Assembly (NCBI GenBank): GCA_031411095.1
Contig: JANOAK010000009.1
Coordinates: forward strand, 12,999 to 76,998
Reading direction: 5' to 3'
DNA length: 64,000 bases
Source of the DNA: Flavobacteriales bacterium
Lineage (GTDB): Bacteria > Bacteroidota > Bacteroidia > Flavobacteriales_F > PHOS-HE28
Shown here: positions 62,801 to 64,000 of the stretch, piece by piece
How the letters are laid out: every line of letters starts with the position of its first letter
How positions within the stretch are numbered: position 1 is the stretch's first letter
Translations under genes and position numbers: made by a program
Notes under the pieces: generated by a model
The model's input: the letters and a program-made list of their open reading frames with translations, nothing else
Told to the model about the DNA's origin: nothing
Databases searched by the model: none

Positions 62801-63171
62801 GATGGTGTGGGACCGATACGGTCACCTACACCATCTGCGACAGTCTTGGACTTTGCGATGCCGCGATCATTCTGGTCACCGTCGTGTGCGATAACGACCT
62901 GGTGATCCCGCATGGCTTCTCGCCCAACGGTGATGGCATCTCGGATACGTGGGTGATCCAGGGCCTGGAGAACTATCCCGACAATTCCGTGAAGCTCTTC
63001 AACCGCTGGGGTGCGGAGATCTATGATGCGGCTCCGTATGGCAACGATTGGGATGGACGTAGCACCGCACCGATGACCATCAATGGTCAATTGCCTGCCG
63101 GCACCTACTTCTTCATCCTCGACCTGGGCAATGGAACGGTGGAGACCGGCGACCTGTACCTCAGTAACTAA
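53872..63171 (+). CDS. Giant SprB-like adhesin. It has dozens of HYR and Ig-like 80-86-aa repeats and a T9SS type B C-terminal domain.
   Basis: ORF 53599..63171; signal-peptide start at 53872 (MNWN...) or 53926 (MSPGSFAALVALFFGVASAQA); C-terminal PHGFSPNGDGISDTWVIQGL...FNRWGAEIYD type B CTD; PorP/SprF gene follows. Confidence 0.85.
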   Translation: MNWNRICAFFLRGTGRRIMSPGSFAALVALFFGVASAQAQNGYTTPADANGNSIYDFQEATTLAITCPANVTATNALNTCGAAVVVPAPSASGYCGSYTLTNSFNGTANASGTYPVGVTTVTWTATDPRGQTASCSMTVTVTDTQLPAITCPANITVGNDAGVCGAVASYVAPVGSDNCPGATTARIAGPASGSLFPNGTTTVTHRVTDAAGNTAQCSFTVTVNDTQLPVITCPGNIVVSNDPGVCGATVSYAPPVGTDNCPGPVTVRTAGLAPGSLFPLGTTTITYRVTDAAGNIAQCSFTVTVNDTQVPTITCPANVAATTNTGCTATGVALGTPTTADNCGVATVTNNAPAAFPLGITTVTWTVTDNSGNTATCAQTVTVTDNVNPTITCPANVSATTNTGCTATGVALGTPVTNDNCGVASVTNNAPAAFPLGVTTVTWTVTDNSGRTATCTQTVTVTDNVNPTITCPANVSATTNTGCIATGVALGTPVTNDNCGVASLTNNAPAAFPLGATTVTWTVTDNSGRTATCAQTVTVTDNVNPTITCPANVAATTNTGCTATGVALGTPVTNDNCGVASVTNNAPAAFPLGVTTVTWTVTDNSGRTATCAQTVTVTDNVNPTITCPANVTATTNTGCTATGVALGTPVTNDNCGVASVTNNAPVAFALGVTTVTWTVTDNSGRTATCAQTVTVTDNVNPTITCPANVAATTNTGCTATGVALGTPVTNDNCGVASVTNNAPAAFPLGVTTVTWTVTDNSGRTATCAQTVTVTDNDAPIAVCQPATIGLDGSGIATLTAADVNGGSTDNCSIASISVVPNTFNAVGTYTATLTVTDAAGNSSTCTATVTVTDSQPPVAICQNITINLNAGGTVTITAAQIDGGSTDNGTITSLVASQTNFDCTDLGPNNVTLTVTDDGGNTTQCTAVVTVQDIIAPAAICQNATIYLDGAGNASIAAADLNNGSTDNCSIATIIASKNDFTCADLGANVVTVTVTDQSGNGTNCNATVTVVDDIDPTITCPATVNATTNSGCTATGVNLGVPVTADNCSVASVSHNAPVAFPIGSTTVTWTVTDGSGNTATCTQTVIVTDNVPPTITCPVNVSANTNSGCTATGVNLGTPVTNDNCGVATVSNNAPAAFPLGNTAVTWTVVDNSGNTSTCVQTVTVVDNGSPSISCPPHVNTTTNSGCTATGVNLGVPITSDNCSVLSVTNNAPVAFPLGTTTVMWIVMDNSSNGATCMQSVTVTDNVPPTITCPAAVNVNTNSGCTATGVALGTPTTADNCGVASVTNNAPAVFPIGSTTVTWTVTDNSGNSSNCAQTVNVTDITLPTITCPANVSVGTNSGCTATGVALGTPVTNDNCGVASVTNNAPAAFPLGATIVTWTVTDNSGNLATCTQTVTVTDNVAPTIACPPTVNATTNSGCTATGVNLGIPVTNDNCGVSNVVNDAPAAFPLGSTTVTWTVTDNAGNTTSCTQTVNVLDDVPPVAVCQAVTLFLDGTGSVGLAASAVDNGSSDNCGIASLNVSPNSFNAVGTYTATLTVVDNSGNSSTCTALITVNDLVPPVAVCQPVTIYLDGSGNATIVAGDIDGGSTDNDAIASLVASQTNFDCSNTGDNNVTLTVTDDGGNTASCVAVVTVLDTIRPSVVCNGVTVSLNNFGSVTIDPADVAMATTDNCGSGPLTFSTSDSTFIAVGSYTVWVYVIDEAGNIDSCQAVVTVNDLNPPVAICQPATIYLDGSGNASITPADIDGGSTDNGTIVSITASQTNFDCTNTGANTVTLSVTDDGGNTSTCDAVVTVLDTIAPVAVCQNITVALDGSGNASIVASDIDGGSSDNCAGFTLSVSQAIFDCSMTGANTVTLTVTDASGNVSTCDATVTIEDNTIPTVVCNDVTINMDTNGWAVINASAMATATTDNCGGGTLEYTTSVDSINVVGTQTVWVYVQDASGNIDSCSATVTVTDLNPPTAICQAATIYLDGSGGASIVAADINGGSTDNGTIVSITASQTNFDCTNTGANGVWLYVTDDGGNIDSCQATVTVLDTIAPVAVCQNITVALDGSGNANITANDIDGGSGDNCAGFTLSASQTNFDCSMTGANTVTLTVTDASGNVSTCDATVTIEDNTIPTVVCNSATINIGLNGWAVINADALATASSDNCGNAALDIFTVVDSINVVGDSTIWVYVQDAAGNIDSCQATVTITDLNPPTAICQPVTIHLDGSGNASITPADIDGGSTDNGTIVSITASQTAFDCTNTGANGVWLYVTDDGGNIDSCQATVTVLDTIAPNVSCQDFTVYLDASGVAQVQDSDIIVGTADNCSPLVSTVSASQFTNIGTYPVTVTITDPSGNSSSCSSIITVLDTIVPQVNCLAFTGVVLHLDSNGQAVLDPAQLDGGSSDNDTIVALTASQVQFDCGDIGNNSVTLYATDAAGNVDSCFAVVTVLDTIAPSVICQNITIALDGSGNATISSAQLDNGSSDNCTLASTSASQTTFDCSAVGVNVVTLTAIDASGNTSSCNALVTVIDTIMPVAVCNNITIYLDGSGVATITGQDIDGGSTDNCGTLTYTASQTSFDSVGVYTVILTVTDGSGNSSSCTATVTVNDIVAPEANCQAATIYLDGNGNASITPADIDGGSTDNGTIVGITASQTAFTCNDLGINDVILTVTDDGGNNDSCIAVVTVLDTIAPVAVCNNITIYLDGSGVAIITGQDIDGGSTDNCGMLTYSVSDTSFDNVGTYTVTLTVTDGSGNSSTCTATVTVNDVSLPTANCQPATIYLDASGNASITAADIDGGSTDNSVIVALVASQTAFDCGDLGANDVILTVTDDSGNSDSCIAVVTVLDTIAPNVVCNNITIYLDGNGNVEIIGEDIDGGSTDNCGTLSYSASTTIFTAPGTYQVTLIVTDASGNSSSCTATVEVLVVNLPPVAVDDSISTSEGEAVVIGNEANDSDPNNDPFSTTDASAGVGSVEINGDGTLTYTPATGWCGTDTVTYTICDSLGLCDAAIILVTVVCDNDLVIPHGFSPNGDGISDTWVIQGLENYPDNSVKLFNRWGAEIYDAAPYGNDWDGRSTAPMTINGQLPAGTYFFILDLGNGTVETGDLYLSN
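54786..56225. repeat. Tandem array of six near-identical 240-bp (80-aa HYR) repeat units
   Basis: Units TITCPANV(S/A)ATTNTGCTATGVALGTPVTNDNCGVASVTNNAPAAFPLGVTTVTWTVTDNSGRTATCAQTVTVTDNVNP recur with over 90% nt identity every 240 bp. Confidence 0.8.
59029..60720. repeat. Higher-order tandem repeat: about 720-bp super-unit (three 80-86-aa Ig/HYR-like modules) in about 2.3 near-identical copies
   Basis: GACCTGAACCCGCC(G/A)(G/A)(T/C)GGCGATCTGCCAG recurs at 59029, 59749, 60469. Confidence 0.7.
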
Positions 63172-63183
63172 GTGGGCAAGCAC

Positions 63184-64000
63184 ATGAACACGAACAAACC
63201 CCTCCTTTCCGCACTTGCCGGCGGTCTCCTGGCGCTCTCCGCCATGGCCCAACAGGACCCGATGTACACCATGTACATGTGGAACACCATGGCCGTGAAC
63301 CCCGGGTATGCAGGAAGTGCCGGCATGATGACCGTTTCGGCCCTCGCGCGCCAGCAGTGGACCGGCCTGCAAGGCGCGCCCAGCACCCAAACCTTTGTGG
63401 TACACACCCCGTTGAAGGACCCCAGCATGGGAGTGGGTATGTCCATTGTCAATGACAAGATCGGACCTGTGCGCAACACGGGCTTCTACGGCGACTTCGC
63501 CTATCGCATACGGACCACCAAGCGCGCCCGACTGGCCTTTGGCCTCAAGGCGGGTGCCGATCTGTACCAGGCCGACCTCACCGGAGTGGAGAACCGCAAC
63601 GTGGACGATCCCTCCTTCAGCCAGAACATCTCCGGCAAGCTCCGCCCCAATTTCGGCTTCGGCCTGTATTACTGGTCCAAAATGGGATACGTGGGACTTT
63701 CCACGCCCAAGCTCCTTCAGAACGACCTCATCAGTGGGAACTCCGATATCGATAAGTTCCTCTATGGTCGTGTGCGGCGCCACTATTTCCTGATCGCCGG
63801 CTATGTGTTCAAGGTGAGCCGCGACATCAAGTTCAAGCCGTCCATGATGCTGAAGGCCGTGGAAGGTGCCCCGTTGAGCACGGATGTCACCGCCAGTTTC
63901 CTCTTCGTGGAGAAGTTCTGGGTGGGTGCCGCTTATCGTTACTGGGACGGCTTCAGCGCCATCCTCTCCATGCAGATCACCGATCAGTTGCGCGCAGGTT
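63184..64000 (+). CDS. PorP/SprF family T9SS outer-membrane protein (3' end beyond window)
   Basis: Manual translation MNTNKPLLSALAGGLLALSAMAQQDPMYTMYMWNTMAVNPGYAG...; signal peptide plus PorP/SprF N-terminal signature; not in ORF track (no stop in window). Confidence 0.8.
   Translation, partial: MNTNKPLLSALAGGLLALSAMAQQDPMYTMYMWNTMAVNPGYAGSAGMMTVSALARQQWTGLQGAPSTQTFVVHTPLKDPSMGVGMSIVNDKIGPVRNTGFYGDFAYRIRTTKRARLAFGLKAGADLYQADLTGVENRNVDDPSFSQNISGKLRPNFGFGLYYWSKMGYVGLSTPKLLQNDLISGNSDIDKFLYGRVRRHYFLIAGYVFKVSRDIKFKPSMMLKAVEGAPLSTDVTASFLFVEKFWVGAAYRYWDGFSAILSMQITDQLRAG

Noticed and set aside
1-64000. CRISPR arrays, tRNA/rRNA genes, integrases or transposases
   Set aside because: No short direct repeats with unique spacers, no tRNA-like T-arm/acceptor patterns in intergenic gaps, and no recombinase-like ORFs were seen. 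All long tandem repeats are in-frame protein-coding (HYR/Ig-like).

Overview
This 64-kb window has a high-GC Bacteroidota character. The phylum call rests on T9SS type A and type B C-terminal sorting domains, PorP/SprF genes, PKD, HYR and SBBP repeat proteins, and SD-poor gene starts.

Gene order, left to right:
- Positions <1..407: a partial minus-strand gene for a secreted protein.
- 723..1418: an orphan OmpR-type response regulator, with a terminator hairpin at 581..601.
- 1458..7817: a plus-strand menaquinone operon. It reads hotdog thioesterase (menI-like), menF, menD, menA, menC, menE.
- 7695..12581: a minus-strand gene string. It holds an AddA-like UvrD/PD-(D/E)XK helicase-nuclease, a GNAT acetyltransferase, a 49-aa zinc-ribbon protein that is absent from the ORF track, and a polytopic membrane protein.
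- 12686..16342: a translationally coupled four-gene operon. It has two MbnP-like lipoproteins followed by two MauG/MbnH-like di-heme cytochrome c peroxidases.
- ~16.3..22.0 kb: a lower-GC block of T9SS type A cargo paralogs. It contains one SBBP-repeat protein with an apparent frameshift, two beta-propeller-like paralogs, and a truncated fourth copy. Near-identical 21-bp direct repeats flank the block.
- 22064..23602: an Lpd-like flavoprotein that lacks the redox-active Cys pair.
- 23709..30327: a PKD-repeat protein with a type B CTD, then a TPR/PD40 protein, then PorP/SprF.
- 30328..37887: trpS, plsC, gatC, a large BNR/PKD secreted protein, and kbl.
- 37.9..64 kb: the most striking region. 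Four giant surface-protein genes run in tandem (about 2400, 1950, 680 and 3100 aa). They are built from shuffled modules: SdrD-B-like domains, parallel beta-helix, thrombospondin-type-3-like Ca-binding modules, and HYR domains. Long near-identical tandem DNA repeats are present. Only the last gene is SprB-like and carries a T9SS type B CTD, and a PorP/SprF gene follows it.

I found no rRNA, tRNA, CRISPR array, integrase or transposase.
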